A stretch of DNA of 64,000 bases from the NCBI GenBank assembly GCA_951406725.2, contig OX597830.1, forward strand, positions 24,738,001 through 24,802,000, read 5' to 3'. The translations under genes and the position numbers were made by a program. This DNA is from Octopus vulgaris. Taxonomy: Eukaryota. The notes beneath the pieces are model-generated. The model saw only the letters and a program-made list of their open reading frames with translations. It did no database searches and was not told the origin of the DNA. This document shows positions 26,212-40,660 of this stretch, one piece after another (the stretch's first letter is position 1; each line of letters begins with the position of its first letter).

Positions 26212-26429
26212 CGTGGGGGTGCTGACAAGTTCTTGACTTTGGATAAAAGAAAATACTGGAGGATCAGTTAATTATGATTTTATTCTACATATTCCCCTCT
26301 CAGATTCACACACTTTTTAGCAGCAATCCTTCAGTTTTTCTAAACCCTGTAAAAGAACTTAAAAGTTTGTGCCTCCAACTAGGCCTTTTGTGATACCCTT
26401 AAAGCCAGGAACGTTTTAACATCCCCTCA
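26212..26429 (-). mobile_element. Irritans-like mariner MITE
   Basis: TA TSD; TIR cgtgggggtgctgacaagttcttgacttt / aaagccaggaacgttttaacatcccctca; CVNLRGEYVE* transposase end on the minus strand. Confidence 0.75.
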
Positions 26430-26666
26430 TATAACTGGCTTCTGTACAATTTCCATCAATTAAATTCAGTAACAGGTTTTTAGTCAACCTAGAGACTATA
26501 CTAAAAACACTTGCTCAAAGTGCTGTGCAGTGTGCTTGAACCTGAAACCATCTGGTAGCAATGTGAACTTCATAGCCACACTGATTGGACACATTGCTAA
26601 AATAGCTTTTGATCATGGGATTTCTGCCCACAGCAGAGAAGAAAACAGGGAAGCCTCACCCATTAA

Positions 26667-26887
26667 CCCTTTCATTACTGCATTTATTTTGAGATGATCT
26701 GTGTTTTTTTCAATTACTTTAAATATAACAAAGAATTTAGTAAAATAACTTGGATATCATTCAGATAGAGTTAGGAATATAAATTGTGACTAAGGTTTGG
26801 TGGGAGATTTTAATTCGAAACGTATGAAAACGAAACATTTGTACTACAGAGCCAGAGCCGGTTTCAGTTGGCTTGGTAATGAAAGGG
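26667..26887. mobile_element. piggyBac-type MITE family 1, second copy
   Basis: TTAA TSD; ccctttcattac / gtaatgaaaggg TIR; homologous to 6402-6599. Confidence 0.85.
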
Positions 26888-27432
26888 TTAATGTCAATGC
26901 AACAAAATCACCAACAACAGCAATGAGAGGAATGGCAACAGTCATATCAGCAACACTAAGTACAAACTACAACACCACCACCACTACCATGTATGTGTGC
27001 TGACATTTCTACATGCCAACTTGTAGTACCTATACATCTGTATGTCTCTATGTATTTCTCTGTAGTTTTCCAAAACATCTTAGAAGTGGCTAAGGCAATA
27101 TTCTTTCATTCCTTTTGCACAAATCACTTGGCTACTCTTGGCTTCTTTTTTTTTTTTTTTTTTTTCCAGGGTGGTGAGTTCTAACCATTCTTTGGGATAA
27201 TCTTAACAATCACCCCACAGTGGTCTGTTATTGTTGCTGTCCACTGCAGTGGAAATGATGTTGGTACTGATGATATAGTTTGGTGGTGCTGCTAGAATTG
27301 GTCAACTATTGAGAGTAGTTTCCCGTACTCATCACCTTGTTAATAATTCATCTTTTCTCAACCTTCCTGTTGCTGTTAAACAGTCTTTTGTTGTTGCTGT
27401 AAACGACCCTTTCAGTCATGACTATGACAGTA

Positions 27433-27826
27433 GTGGAGGCACAATGGCCCAGTGGTTAGGGCAGCAGACTTGCTGTTGTAGGATCACGGTTTTAATTCCC
27501 AGACTGAGCATTGTGAGTGTTTATTGAGTGAAAACACCTAAAGCTCCATGAGGCTCCAGCAGGGGGTGGGGGTGGAGGTGGCGAACTCTGCTGTACTCTT
27601 CTACCATAACTTCCTCTCACTCTTTCTTCCTGTTTCTGTTATATCTGTATTTCGAAGGGTCCAGCCTTGTCACACTCTATGTCACGCTGAATCTCCCTGA
27701 GCGCTACATTAGGGGTACACGTGTCTGTGGAGTGCTCAGCCACTTGCACGTTTATTTCATGAGCAGGTTGTTCTATTGATCAGATCAACTGGAATCCTCA
27801 TCATCATAACCAACAGAGTGCCACGC
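27433..27826 (+). mobile_element. SINE family C1, full length
   Basis: A box tggcccagtgg, degenerate B box ggttttaattcc; TSD tgacagta (27425-27432 / 27827-27834). Confidence 0.9.
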
Positions 27827-28189
27827 TGACAGTAGTAGTGGCTGTTGCATTAGCTACTGCAAGAAGAGGGTTACCATTCTGTGTGAAAGTGGCAAATTTG
27901 TCTCACCTCACTGACCATTCTTGGTATCACTATCCTGGTCAGCTGGTAAATTGGCTGCTATTTTATTATATTTGTTGTTTTGAAATTTTCCTATGGAAAA
28001 GATATTTTTCATAAATTTATATAAGCTCCAATGGGACAAGAAACAAAGGAAAAAACCAACTCATTGTGATCATGACTGGTTCTACAACAAAACGGGACAC
28101 AAATATGTTCAAGATAGAAACACAACAAGGAGGTTAGATATGTCTTACATAGATCTTAGCAATAACAACAACAACAATAATGATAATAC

Positions 28190-28394
28190 TCCTTTCTACT
28201 ATAGGCACAAGGCTTGAAATTTCTTGGGAGGGGACCAATCGATTAGATCGACTTCAGTATGCAACTGATACTTAATTTATCGACCCCAAAAGGATAAAAG
28301 GTAAAGTCGACCTCAACAGAATTCGAACTCAGAATGTAGCAACAGGTGAAATACCACTAAGCATTTCATCCAGCATGCTAACAATTCTGCCAGA
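28190..28394 (-). mobile_element. SINE family D
   Basis: cctttctactataggcacaaggc...atcgaccccaaaaggataaaagg...gaactcagaa. Confidence 0.8.
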
Positions 28395-28418
28395 TATATA
28401 TATATATATATATATATG

Positions 28419-28472
<54 letters not shown>

Positions 28473-28948
28473 TCTCTCTATATATATATGTATGTTTGTA
28501 TGAGTGAGAAAGAGTGGGGAATGAGATTAAAGAATAACAAGAGAATGTTTACTGAAGAGATGACTCAATAGAGTCAAATTTATTGTCAAATCCCATTCAA
28601 CTTGAATCTTACCATATGCACACACACAAACACCAACCACACACACACACATACATATAACTTGTGTTTTTTTTATGAAATGCAAAAGTGTTTTGGTAGG
28701 TGATAGTTTGGTCTACAGTAAGAGACCGTGACCCCTGGCTTTTGCAGGGCTACTGAGGTTTCCATGTGACCAGTGTAGATAATAATATTCTTGAAAAATT
28801 CTTCAAGTTAAAAAATACAGGGAAGAACATGGACAGGGGAAGATTTCCAGATGGCTGACATTTGGGGGAAGAAGGACTGGAGAAAATGGGGCTAATATGG
28901 AGGCTGGACAAAGCTGAGGTTATTGAATGAACATAACATGGATGACTT

Positions 28949-29396
28949 CAATGGCTCGGGAACAGAATTTACTTAGGGAGTGCAAACCCAGATCCAAAAC
29001 ATTTTACAAAAAAGGTCTCTACACTCACGGAGTGGCTACACTCACGGAGTTGTTGGCATTAGGAAGGGCATCCAGCCGTAGAAACACTGCCAGATCTGAC
29101 TAGGCCTGATGAAGCCTTCCGGCTTCACAGACCCCAGTTGAACTGTCCAACCCATGCTAGCATGGAAAACGGACGCTAAACGATGATGATGATGTCTTAT
29201 TCTCCTTTTTTTTTTTTAATTAATTTTCATTTTTTATTCTTTAAGAAGAAACTGAAGTTCAAGCTACTTTTTATAGATCACTTTCCACTCACTGTTTTCT
29301 AAACCTGAGAAAAGTGAGTAGGGGTGCAAATTTTAATTTTGCACTGCCCAAAAATTTTAGGCAGTGCACTTGCAACCCCCTATTCCTGGGCCAATG
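28949..29396. mobile_element. MITE with 8-bp TSD (hAT-type), containing a SINE B fragment
   Basis: TSD gatgactt (28941-28948 / 29397-29404); TIR caatggctcgggaa / ttcctgggccaatg. Confidence 0.75.
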
Positions 29397-29554
29397 GATG
29401 ACTTAACTCTTTTGATGGCAACTTGCCTGAAACTAGTGTTTTGAAGTGATTTAAATTAAAACCTTCCATCAAGATTTCCTGTTAATTTATTTTTCAAACA
29501 CCAGCTCAATGACAAAGTGATTTCACTAAATCTCTTATTATTTTCTAAAGTAAT

Positions 29555-29948
29555 GTGGCTATGTGGTAAGTAGCTTGTTTACCAACAACATGGTTCCAGG
29601 TTCAGTCCCACTGCGTGGCACCTTGAGCAACTGTTTTCTACTATAGCCTCGGACCGACCAAAGCCTTGTGAGTGGATTTGGTAGACGGAAACTGAAAGAA
29701 GCCTGTCATATATATGTATATATGTGTATGTGTGTGTATATGTTTGTGTGACTGTGTTTGTCCCCCCAACCATCACTTGACAACCGATGCTGGTGTGTTT
29801 ACGTCCCCGTAACTTAGCGGTTCGGCAAAAGATACCAATAGAATAAGTACTAGGCTTACAAAGAATAAGTCCTGGGGTCGATTTGCTCAACTAAAGGTGG
29901 TGCTCCAGCATGGCCACAGTCAAATGACTGAAACAAGTAAAAGAGAGT
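29555..29948 (+). mobile_element. SINE family A, near full length
   Basis: Consensus-like body with many CpGs intact. Confidence 0.9.
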
Positions 29949-30787
29949 AATGGCAGTATACTTCAGCTGAAATATTATAGCAGAAGGGTTGAAAGAGGAG
30001 CACCTAAATAATGTATGGTATGTCGTCTGAGACTCTACCATTAGAAATATCTCGACTCTGTTCTGTTGGTCTCAGTTCATTGGTTTCAGTTTTTAGACTG
30101 AGTAATTTTTCAGTTCAGACTGGGTTGGGATTATTTTTGCTTTTCTATCAGGAAGTGACTTGCATATTTGTTGTATTTCTTATTAAGTCAAAACGTCAAC
30201 TATTAGCATCATCATCATGTTTTTGTTGCCACTGCTATTGTTGTTGTTGTTGTTGTCGTCGTTTGCTCAATCCTTGCCCTTCTGGACGAAGCAGGCCTAT
30301 GATCAAAGAAAACTATTCCAGCCTTGACCACCCCATCTGTTTGTACATTGGATGTCAAGAATTACATTGTCCAGTGTCTCCTTCCTGCTTTATGACATTA
30401 TTTTGTCATTTCAAGTAGCAATTTCTTTGCGGGATAAGTCATTGCATAGACACTTACCTGGTACATCATCAGATAGTGGACACCTGCAGTAGATAAGACC
30501 TAATGTTTGCATGCACACGCACACACACACACACACACACAATCACCACCCGACTGTAAAATATCTAATACTATTATGGTTCCTCTTATCGCCCAGTAAT
30601 GTAATATGACTCACATGTCACGTATTTGAAGCGATGAACAAACACGACACAAAAGTAAAGCAGATGTTCTACACACAATAGTCTATCCTGAAAAAGACAA
30701 TACTGTGCATACTTCGTAAACATGCAGGTGTACCTAGTGATGGAAGTAGAAACATGCATCGGACCTTTGATGATGACAATAATAATA

Positions 30788-31265
30788 ATCCTTTTTACTA
30801 AAGGCACAAGGCCTGAATTTTTCATGGGGAGGGGACTAGTTGACTACATCAACCCCACATCCTGAAAGGAACAAAGGCAAACTTGTTGGAATTTGAACTC
30901 AGAACATTAAGACAGACAGAAATTCCACTAAGCATTTGCCTGGCATGCTAACAATTCTACCAGCTTGCTGCCTTAATAATAATAGTAATAATAATAATAA
31001 TAATCTTTTCAACTATAGGCACAAGGCCTGAATTTATGGGTGAGGGGACTAGTTAATTACTAGTGTTTCACTGGTATTTAACTTATCGACCCCAAAAGGA
31101 TGAAAGGCAAACTCGACCTTGCCAGAATTTGAACTCAGAATGTAAAGACAGATGAAATGCTGCTAAGTGTTTTGTTTGGTGTGCTAACTAATGATTCAGT
31201 AGCTCGTCACCTTAATCATAATAATAATGGTTTCAAGTTTCAGCACAAGGCCAGCTTGCCACATT
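30788..31265 (-). mobile_element. Tandem SINE family D copies separated by (AAT)n
   Basis: Two near-complete copies and a fragment; more at about 33237-33357, 34688-35175, 36757-36895(+), 61400-61575 and 62080-62285. Confidence 0.8.
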
Positions 31266-31689
31266 AATAGTAATCATCATCATTTAATGTCTGCTTTCCA
31301 TGCTAGCATGGGTTGGACGATTTGACTGAGGACTGGCAAACCAGATGGCTGCACCAGGCTCCAATCTAATCTGGCAGAATTTCTACAGCTGGATGCACTT
31401 CCTTACACCAACCACTCCGAACGATAATAAAAGTAATGATAATATACAACAAATTTGGGTGGAAGGAATGAGTTAATTAAAACTACTTCACAAACTGACT
31501 TGGGTACTTTATTCTGTTGATCCCATAAAATAAAGGGTTCAGACAAAAGACAAAGTTGAACTTGGCAAAATTTGAAATAAGCAAATAAAAAGCTGGAACA
31601 AATGCAGGAAGGCATTTGATCAAGTGTTCTACCCACTTTGCTAATCCACTACCCATAACAATAAGAACAACAACAACAAAAACAACTGA

Positions 31690-32014
31690 CCTTTGATCTT
31701 TGGAGCTTTGGGGACAATACCAAATGGTGCTCTTCAACATAACGGCCGAATGCCAGGAAACCCAAAGTGTCAGAAATACAAAAATTTCTTCTCACGAATG
31801 CTGCCCACTTCCTAAGAAAAACATTGTGTCGACTTCAAAATACCTGATTCACGTAAAATTCTTTCAAAACTGAAGTATTACAAATTTACTTCTCAGGTTT
31901 TGGTCTCCTTCCTGTTAATCATGAATAACGTCCCATAATAAAACATTCCAACTTGCTTACTTCAGGCTGAGACCTTGAACAGCTTGTATTAAACAAAGCA
32001 ATAACATAAATAAT
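31690..32014 (+). pseudogene. R4/Dong-type (restriction-like endonuclease) LINE 3' end
   Basis: IFGALGTIP...MPGNP then (frameshift) EIQKFLLTNAAHFLRKTL, the typical C-terminus of this group; runs into a TAA-like tail. Confidence 0.75.
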
Positions 32015-32115
32015 AAGGATTTCGTTTATTTGCCACCAGGGTGAAGGATGAAGGGGACAATACAAAGCAGACATACAGTGTTGGGGTTTACATATAATGA
32101 AATGATAAATAAATA

Positions 32116-32153
<38 letters not shown>

Positions 32154-32450
32154 CAATGATAATAAAAAGAGTAAGTATGCAAGGTATATAATACAAAGGT
32201 TACCAAAAAAAAAAGGGTCATGTGATAGAGATAGAGACCTTCTGTTTCAAGATGACCTTTCGGGATAATCAAGGAACCTCACTGTCTGAGATTTCCTTGA
32301 ACACCAAGGGTAAGTGCCCTCTCCAGTTCACTTTCTGTGACTCACAGGTCTACACTCAGAGAGGTACCATCCACTCTTGCCATTGTTGCAACTTTCACCC
32401 ACCTTTCAGTAAATTCACTCCAGGAGAGCACTTCCTTCTCCACCCTGTAA
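32015..32450 (-). pseudogene. Tx1/L1-like LINE 3' end
   Basis: Minus translation RVEKEVLSWSEFTERWVKVATMARVDGTSLSVDL*, then 3' UTR ending ggcaaataaacgaaatcc-(TTA)n; family assignment from memory of F..RW termini. Confidence 0.5.
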
Positions 32451-32537
32451 TAATAGGTTACTTGTAGCCTGATGTTAGGACTTTAATCTGTTGTGCATAA
32501 ATAAAATAATAATAATAATAATAATAATGATAATAAT

Positions 32538-33235
32538 TAATTCGTTTATTGGCAACAAGGGCTTACATAAAATTACATTAAAACACATACAACATAAAAG
32601 ACAAAAACAGTACGATACAATGGGTTTTATGTGTAAGCAATATAATAACAATTAAAATTAAACAATTTAAAACTCCTAATAGGGGAAGCGCATTAAGGAC
32701 CTTGTGAAAAAACCCACAAAAGTCACAGGTGCCTGAACAACAGGGCAAGAGCCCTTCTCCTCTTGTTTACAAGTGCACGTTCAGAATTGGTCTTTCACAC
32801 TGGCCATTCTGCCTCTTTGGATACAGCCACTAGACAACTAAAAATTGCCTTCCCCTCCTGGTCAAAAGTGGGTGGCGGGGCAAACTTCTCAATGGATTCA
32901 GCTGATAGCCAGATCTGTCCTACACATAACAGCAGGTGTTCGACATAAACCCACAGGACAGCAATACTCGGGAACTGGACTAGGGTGTGCAGAACAGTTT
33001 AATTATTCTGGTTCTGGGCACACCTTGGGCAGGCCCGGCTGATGGCACTTCCATGCCTGTAAAGTTTATCTCGAAAAGGCTTCATTCCTCAGTAGCACTG
33101 CCAGGCAAGGAATTTCTGAAGATTGTCCATAGGCCCAGGCATGAAAGTTCTCTGAAACAGACCGGTTAGTCGATCTTCATCGATGCCCAGAGTTTCCCTG
33201 AGAACATCGTCACACTTTCCTTCCACAATTTTTTA
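32538..33235 (-). mobile_element. LINE-like 3' region ending gccaataaacgaatta-(TTA)n
   Basis: Same terminal motif as 32015; GC-richer body; no protein motif recognised. Confidence 0.45.
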
Positions 33236-34087
33236 GGGAAAGGGTGATGAAAGGAAAGTCGACCTCGGCGGAATTTGAACTCAGAACGTAGCGGCAGATG
33301 AAATACTGCTAAGCATTTCGCCCAGCGTGCTAACATTTCTGCCAGCTCACCGCCTTAAAGAGTTGGAAGAAATACCACCAACTTGTTATGTATTTTACCT
33401 GTTCCTCACCTTAGTAACGAATTATGCCAGCTTTATGAAATACCAACAGAGAAGAAAAAAAAAAAGGTACAGGCATACTCCATAAAGGTTTCTTGATAAT
33501 AAGGCAATTACCATACACTGGAATATGTTAATACACTCAGAATGAGAGATCAAGACTCATTTGACCAGATTTTGTTGTCAAGGATCACCAAAGATTAAAA
33601 GAATGACCACCTAATAAATATATATATATATGTATATGATGGGCTTCTTTCAATTTTCTGTCTATCAAATCCACTCACAAGGCTTTGGTTAGCCCGAGGC
33701 TATGGCAGAAGACACGTGCCTAAGGTGTCACACACTGGGACTGAACCTGGAACCATGTGATTGGTAAGCAAGCTACTTACCACACAGCGATCTTGCAGAA
33801 ATAGGAATATAGGAGAGATATAATGACCTAAAAATAGAGATGATGTGAATCAATACTTGTAATTATAAGTGCTTTGCGGGTGATTAATAAACATGGGGAC
33901 GAATAAATAGTTAGAACTCCAGGATTTACAAATATGCATAACATACAAAAATAGCTCTATTATTAACCACTGCTCAGGTATGTAGAGTACGCTTGATAGA
34001 ACTGAAAATAAATATAGAAAAGAAAAAAAAAAACTCTGCTTGTATTTAAGGAACACTGAGATGCATTCTGTAGTGTAGTAAAGGCAT

Positions 34088-34118
<31 letters not shown>

Positions 34119-34120
<2 letters not shown>

Positions 34121-34659
34121 GCCCTGGCAGTGACTCTCGTGGCTTCTGATCTTAACTGATTGGAAGTGTTATCATGTACATTGTTTTGTCTTGGTATAAA
34201 AGATGGGCTACCGCAAATATTCTGCTCAATACCACAGATTTGTTTGTCAGTTGTTTGACCTTAACCAGTTGAGCATGTCCCTTAGTGGCTGATGATATGT
34301 GCATCTCTGATCACAAGCAGAAGTAGTGGGGGAGCATCATATCCATGTGTTGAGAGGGATTCTTAGAGGTTTGGATAATTCACCCCTGGAAACATGTGTG
34401 TTTCATTCAACATCCTTAAACAACCCTCAACGACCTTTTGAGCAGGATGGGTTACTCGACCAGAAGAAAATTCTAACTGGGCCCCCACCTGCAAAGTCAT
34501 GTGCTGTTTATCTTGATATGAGATCACCATGTTGTGCACATATGGTTGTGATGCATGTGCCTAGTGTACCCTTATCAGACGTGTAGTCATGATGGGTATA
34601 CTGGGCTTCATATATTTTACCCCAGTGTCACTTTGATGGCATACACTGCTCTCTCACTC
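34119..34659. mobile_element. Unclassified ~540-bp insert within an (AAT)n tract
   Basis: Pure (AAT)n on both sides, complex GC-richer body, no TIR or ORF recognised. Confidence 0.55.
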
Positions 34660-36526
34660 AATAATAATAATAATAATAATAATAATAATCCGTTGTACTA
34701 TAGGTATAAGGTCTGAAATTTTGGAGGAGGGGGCTTGTCAACAGCATCGACCCCAATGTTTCATTGGTACTTAATTTATTGACCCTGAAAGGATGAAAGG
34801 CAAATTCAACCTCAGTGGAATTTGAACTCGGAATATAAAGAAGGACGAAATGCTGCTAAGCATTTTGCCTGGCATGCTAGTGTTTCTGCCAAGCTGGCCT
34901 CCTAATAATAATAATAATAATAAGGTGCATGGCCTGAAATTTGGGGTCATAGGTCAAGTTGATTACGATCACCCCTATGCTCAACTGGTACTTATTTTCT
35001 TAACCCCAAAAGGATAAAAAGCCAAATCAACTTCAGTGGAGTTTGAACTCAAAATGTAAAGAGGTGGAAGAAATGTCAATAAGCATTTTGCTCACCACCT
35101 TAATAATAATAATGGTAGTAATAATAATAATAATAATCCTTTCTACTATAGGCAGAGGGCCTGAAATTTTGGGGAACCATTCAACCCATGCCAGCATTAA
35201 AAAAAATGGATGTTGATAATGATGATAATCTTGATGAGTTGAATTAACTTCTCCCCATCTGCCAAAATTTCTAACCGTGTACTTGTGTTAGAAATGAATA
35301 TTATTTTGACAGAATGATCAGCACGACAATAGACAAGATCAAGAGATCAACCAAAGACAATAAAGCAAAGTGATCTCACCTGCTACCTGAGGCCTAGATG
35401 GCCACAACTGGCCAGAGATAGACCAGTAGAAGGAGTCCAGGGAGGAGATCCTCCTTCAGGAGTGATGAAGCCCTGAATAGATTAGATCTGTGTTTTAGTC
35501 CAAATCCTGCACAAGTTCAACTTTGTGTAGCTTTTCAAGGTCAGTAATATATAACAGCAGTCAAACAATGGGGGCCAGTATTATCAATATAAACCACTTT
35601 CCTTCCCCTAATTCAAGGCTTTGGGCCTGCACTATAAATAGCATTAATTTTATAAATTTATCTTTAAAAATCTAGATATTTTTGTTGTTATTATTGTCCT
35701 TACAGGAATTCCAAAAAGCAAGTTGAACAACTGTTATTTAACTGGGTAAATGTTTTGTAATAACTACAGTTTTTCTCATGACTCATTTTGTAATACAAAT
35801 ATCGTAATTCATACAAAAATACATTTGCATTTTAGACTTAGTTGTTGTCGTCAGTGTCTCAGGATTCAAGGGTTTGTGAATAAAACCGTCATAAACACAT
35901 ACACATTGACACTGCTTTCTTTCAGAATACAATGAACTCTTTATTCTCTATGCTTCCAATCATAGTAGGCTCTTTTTTTGACGCCAACTATCTTTTCATG
36001 CTCTCGGCTATTTCTCATGCTTCAATTGTAAGAAATACACTTACTATCGCCTATTATTGACATTTTACTGATCAGAAAAAAAGTATTGACTCACCAAATA
36101 TAGTTTTTTATTTCCTTTTTTTTTTTTTAATTTTCACACACACACACACACAGACATACAAGGTTATGTAAGTATAAGAACATACCTTTATATTATTCCA
36201 AATAGTTTATCATACCTTGTCTTGCTGTTACCAATCTGTGATTGTTGTTCCCATGGTGGCAGCTGATAAATCACAAGCTTTCTCAATTACAAAATGTTCA
36301 CTTCTGCATAATGTTTCGGAAAAATTGTTCTGTGCATATCTTCATTTCTTTGAACTCTTGTAGACTGCCAAAAATAGGGGAAATGGTGTGACAGATGCTA
36401 GGTTTGCATTTTCAGTTTTGTTTCAGATTGACTGGAACAAATACTACCAAAACTAATTTGGTTCTTTAAATTCCACACCATCAGACACACCCAATATGAT
36501 TTTAGGGACAGTATGATTCCATTTAA

Positions 36527-36745
36527 TCCTTTAACATTCAGATTACTCTGTCAAATGTAATCCTTATTTATTCCTTGTTTATCTCATTAATTAATCATTA
36601 TCTCATTGTTACAAGATTATAATGATGAGATTCTTTCTTTCCAGAATGACATTGTAGAACCTGTGTGAGAGGTCAAACTGACTGGTTTGAACATAAAACC
36701 GGTTGAATATTTGGGCCAGATCTGGCTGGTTTAAATTCTAAAGGG
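36527..36745. mobile_element. piggyBac-type MITE family 2 (degenerate)
   Basis: TTAA / TCAA flanks; TIR tcctttaacatt / aattctaaaggg. Confidence 0.6.
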
Positions 36746-36896
36746 TCAAGGCCATTACCTGGCAGAATCGTTAGCACATCAGACAGAACGCCTTGTGACA
36801 TTTCTTCCAGGTTTTTACATTCTGAGTTCAAATGCCACTGAAGTCAATGTTGCCTTTCATCCCTTCAGGGTCGATAAGATATAGTACCAATCAAGT

Positions 36897-37961
<1,065 letters not shown>

Positions 37962-38864
37962 ACCCGGCAATGGATCACCATCGTGTTCAAGGGAATGTTA
38001 CAATCTCACTCACTTGTAAGTCAAGGAAACTGGGTAACTGGTCTTATGAGTCCCTGGGCTAAAGGAAAATTTTTTAGAATATCATTCCATTTATATAACT
38101 CTCTGCAGGTGGTGAGGTTAGTCAATTTTATCAACTCCTTGATTAAACTGAGCCAGCACTTTGTCAGTTACGATAACGAGGGTACCAGCTGTTTTGATCA
38201 ACATTACAGCCTGCTTGTGAAATTAACATGCATGTAGCTGAGCACTGCACAAATGAGTGCACCTTTAATGTAGTTCTCAGGGAGATTCAGTGTGACCTTT
38301 GTGACAAGGCTGGTCCTTTGACTTACAGGTACACTTCATTTTTGCCAACTGCATGAACTGGAGCAACGTGGAATAAAGCACCTTGCTCAAGAACACGATG
38401 CACTGCCAAGAATTGATCTTTGGACTTTGTAATCATGAACTGAATATCCCCTAACCACTAAGTTACATGCCTTCACACTCCTTAACAAGACAGGTAGAGT
38501 ACTACTACTACTACTACTAATAATAATAATAATGGAGGGTGATGAATTGGTTGAGTCATTCATTTCAAAAATATTCCATGCAACATTTGTTTTTGTGTTT
38601 TGGGGTCTTTATATCATGGGTTCAAATCTTACTAACTCCTACCTTACAATTTGTCTCTCTGAGGCCAATAATGAAATAATGATCATGTACTGGAAAATCA
38701 ATATGATCGACTGTTAAAATATTCTGAAAAAATAATAAGATTGATCTTAGCTTTGATGATTTTGATTTCACGTATGTGTGTGTGTGTGTATGTGTGTGTG
38801 CGTGTAAATTGAATAAATACAGTCACTTCTGAAACAACAGCTGTAGTGAACCTCAGCTTATCTG

Positions 38865-38900
<36 letters not shown>

Positions 38901-38903
<3 letters not shown>

Positions 38904-39520
38904 AGGTGGTAGGTTTAATAAAAAAAATAGCTTATTCACCTAAGTTTTAACATCAGCTGCTTCGAAATAGTCACCTTGCACAGCAATACTCCAGTCCCAG
39001 TTTCTGCCACTTTTGGAATCCAGCCTGGAAACTGCAATTTGTTCTGGGTTTTGACAACAGTGTTAATACGGTGACCCTTGAGCTATATTGTCATCTTGAG
39101 TGGCAGGGGAGATGGAAGTCCATAGCTGCTAAATCTGGCAAATGGGGGAGGTGCGGGATCCAATTCTTTGTGCTCTTTCGACTATTGTCCTCCCTCAAAC
39201 GCTTCAAGACATTACAGTAGAACTCTGAGTTGATGGTCTGACGAATTCTTGGTGCACAATACCATGGATGTCAAAAAACAAAAAATGAGCATGCTCCTGA
39301 TTAAGCTGTGCCTTTTGAAGTCCCTGCGCCACTCAAAACATTGAGTACAACCCATTGCCTCATCACCATAAGTTTGCTGAAGCATGCTCAATATCTCTGT
39401 AGCAGACAACCTAAGATTAAAGAAAATTTCACATTGACTCTTTGTTCCAACTTCCTGTCCATTACAAAAATCGCAAACTACGGCATACACATGATCACAA
39501 AAACAGGGGTAAATATAAAC
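38901..39520 (-). pseudogene. Internally deleted irritans-like mariner remnant
   Basis: SATEILSMLQQTYGDEAMGCTQCFEWRRDFK N-terminal HTH, RSMLIF, and FQKWQK...IAVQGDYFE C-terminus. Confidence 0.8.
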
Positions 39521-39782
39521 ATTACATACCTACAAAATAACACAAATGTATACAAACACATCTACCCAGACATACATTAATATACATACACATACACACA
39601 CACACACATATATATTATATACATATACATACATATATATATATACACACATATACATAAATATATGCATATACATACACACAAATGCATATATGTATGT
39701 ATGTTTATACATATGCCTGTATGTGTATATATTATGCTTGTGTGTATATATATATATGTATATTTATGGGTGTATATATGTT

Positions 39783-39821
<39 letters not shown>

Positions 39822-39831
39822 ATATAGATAC

Positions 39832-40008
39832 AAGTGGTTGTGTGGTAAGTAGCTTGCTTACCAATCACATGGTTCTGGATTCGGTCCCACTGCATGGAAC
39901 CTTGGGCAAGTGTCTTCTACTATAACCTTGGGCCAACCAAATCCTTGTGAGTGGATTTTGTAGATAGAAATTGAAAGAAACACCTTGTATATTTATATGC
40001 ACACACAC

Positions 40009-40072
<64 letters not shown>

Positions 40073-40326
40073 TTTGGGATCACCACTACTTTATCATTTC
40101 CCCTTCTCCCTAGCTCTCCTATGTGACAATTCTTCCGGCCCTCACCATGATAGATCGCTAGCCACTACACATTCTTTATTTTCTCTTCTTGTTTCTTTCT
40201 GTGTTCCTTTCTGTGGAAGAGTGTAGGCTCGAAACGTTAAAGACTTTTTCACTTCCTGAGCATTAAACTAATACATCTGTTTGTTGTCTACACCACCTGT
40301 CTTCGTCTTTTGTTTTTTTTGTGAAT

Positions 40327-40357
<31 letters not shown>

Positions 40358-40490
40358 ACCCCCACCATTGCTTCACAACTGATGTTGGTCCACATGACTT
40401 AGCAGTTTGGTGAAAGAGACCAAAAGAATAAGTACTAGGCTTACAAAGAATATACATACACACACGTATATGTATATATACACATACACA

Positions 40491-40538
<48 letters not shown>

Positions 40539-40660
40539 TTTATATATATATATATACACACACACACATAAATTCACATATATATGTGTGTGTTTCTTTG
40601 TTTGACTAAAGGCAGTGCTCCAGCATGACCGCAGATCAATGACTAAGACAAATAAAAGAA
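39832..40660 (+). mobile_element. SINE family A fragmented by microsatellites and a nested insert
   Basis: Head 39832-39990, body 40355-40450, tail 40600-40660. Confidence 0.75.
40207..40242 (+). ncRNA. Minimal hammerhead-like motif (A6U variant) in a PLE-like fragment of about 40080-40327
   Basis: Stem I CUUU/AAAG; core CUGUGGA-A; stem II GAGU-GUAG-GCUC; GAAA; palindromic ACGU stem III; GUU site; related tail at about 51495-51580. Confidence 0.55.
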
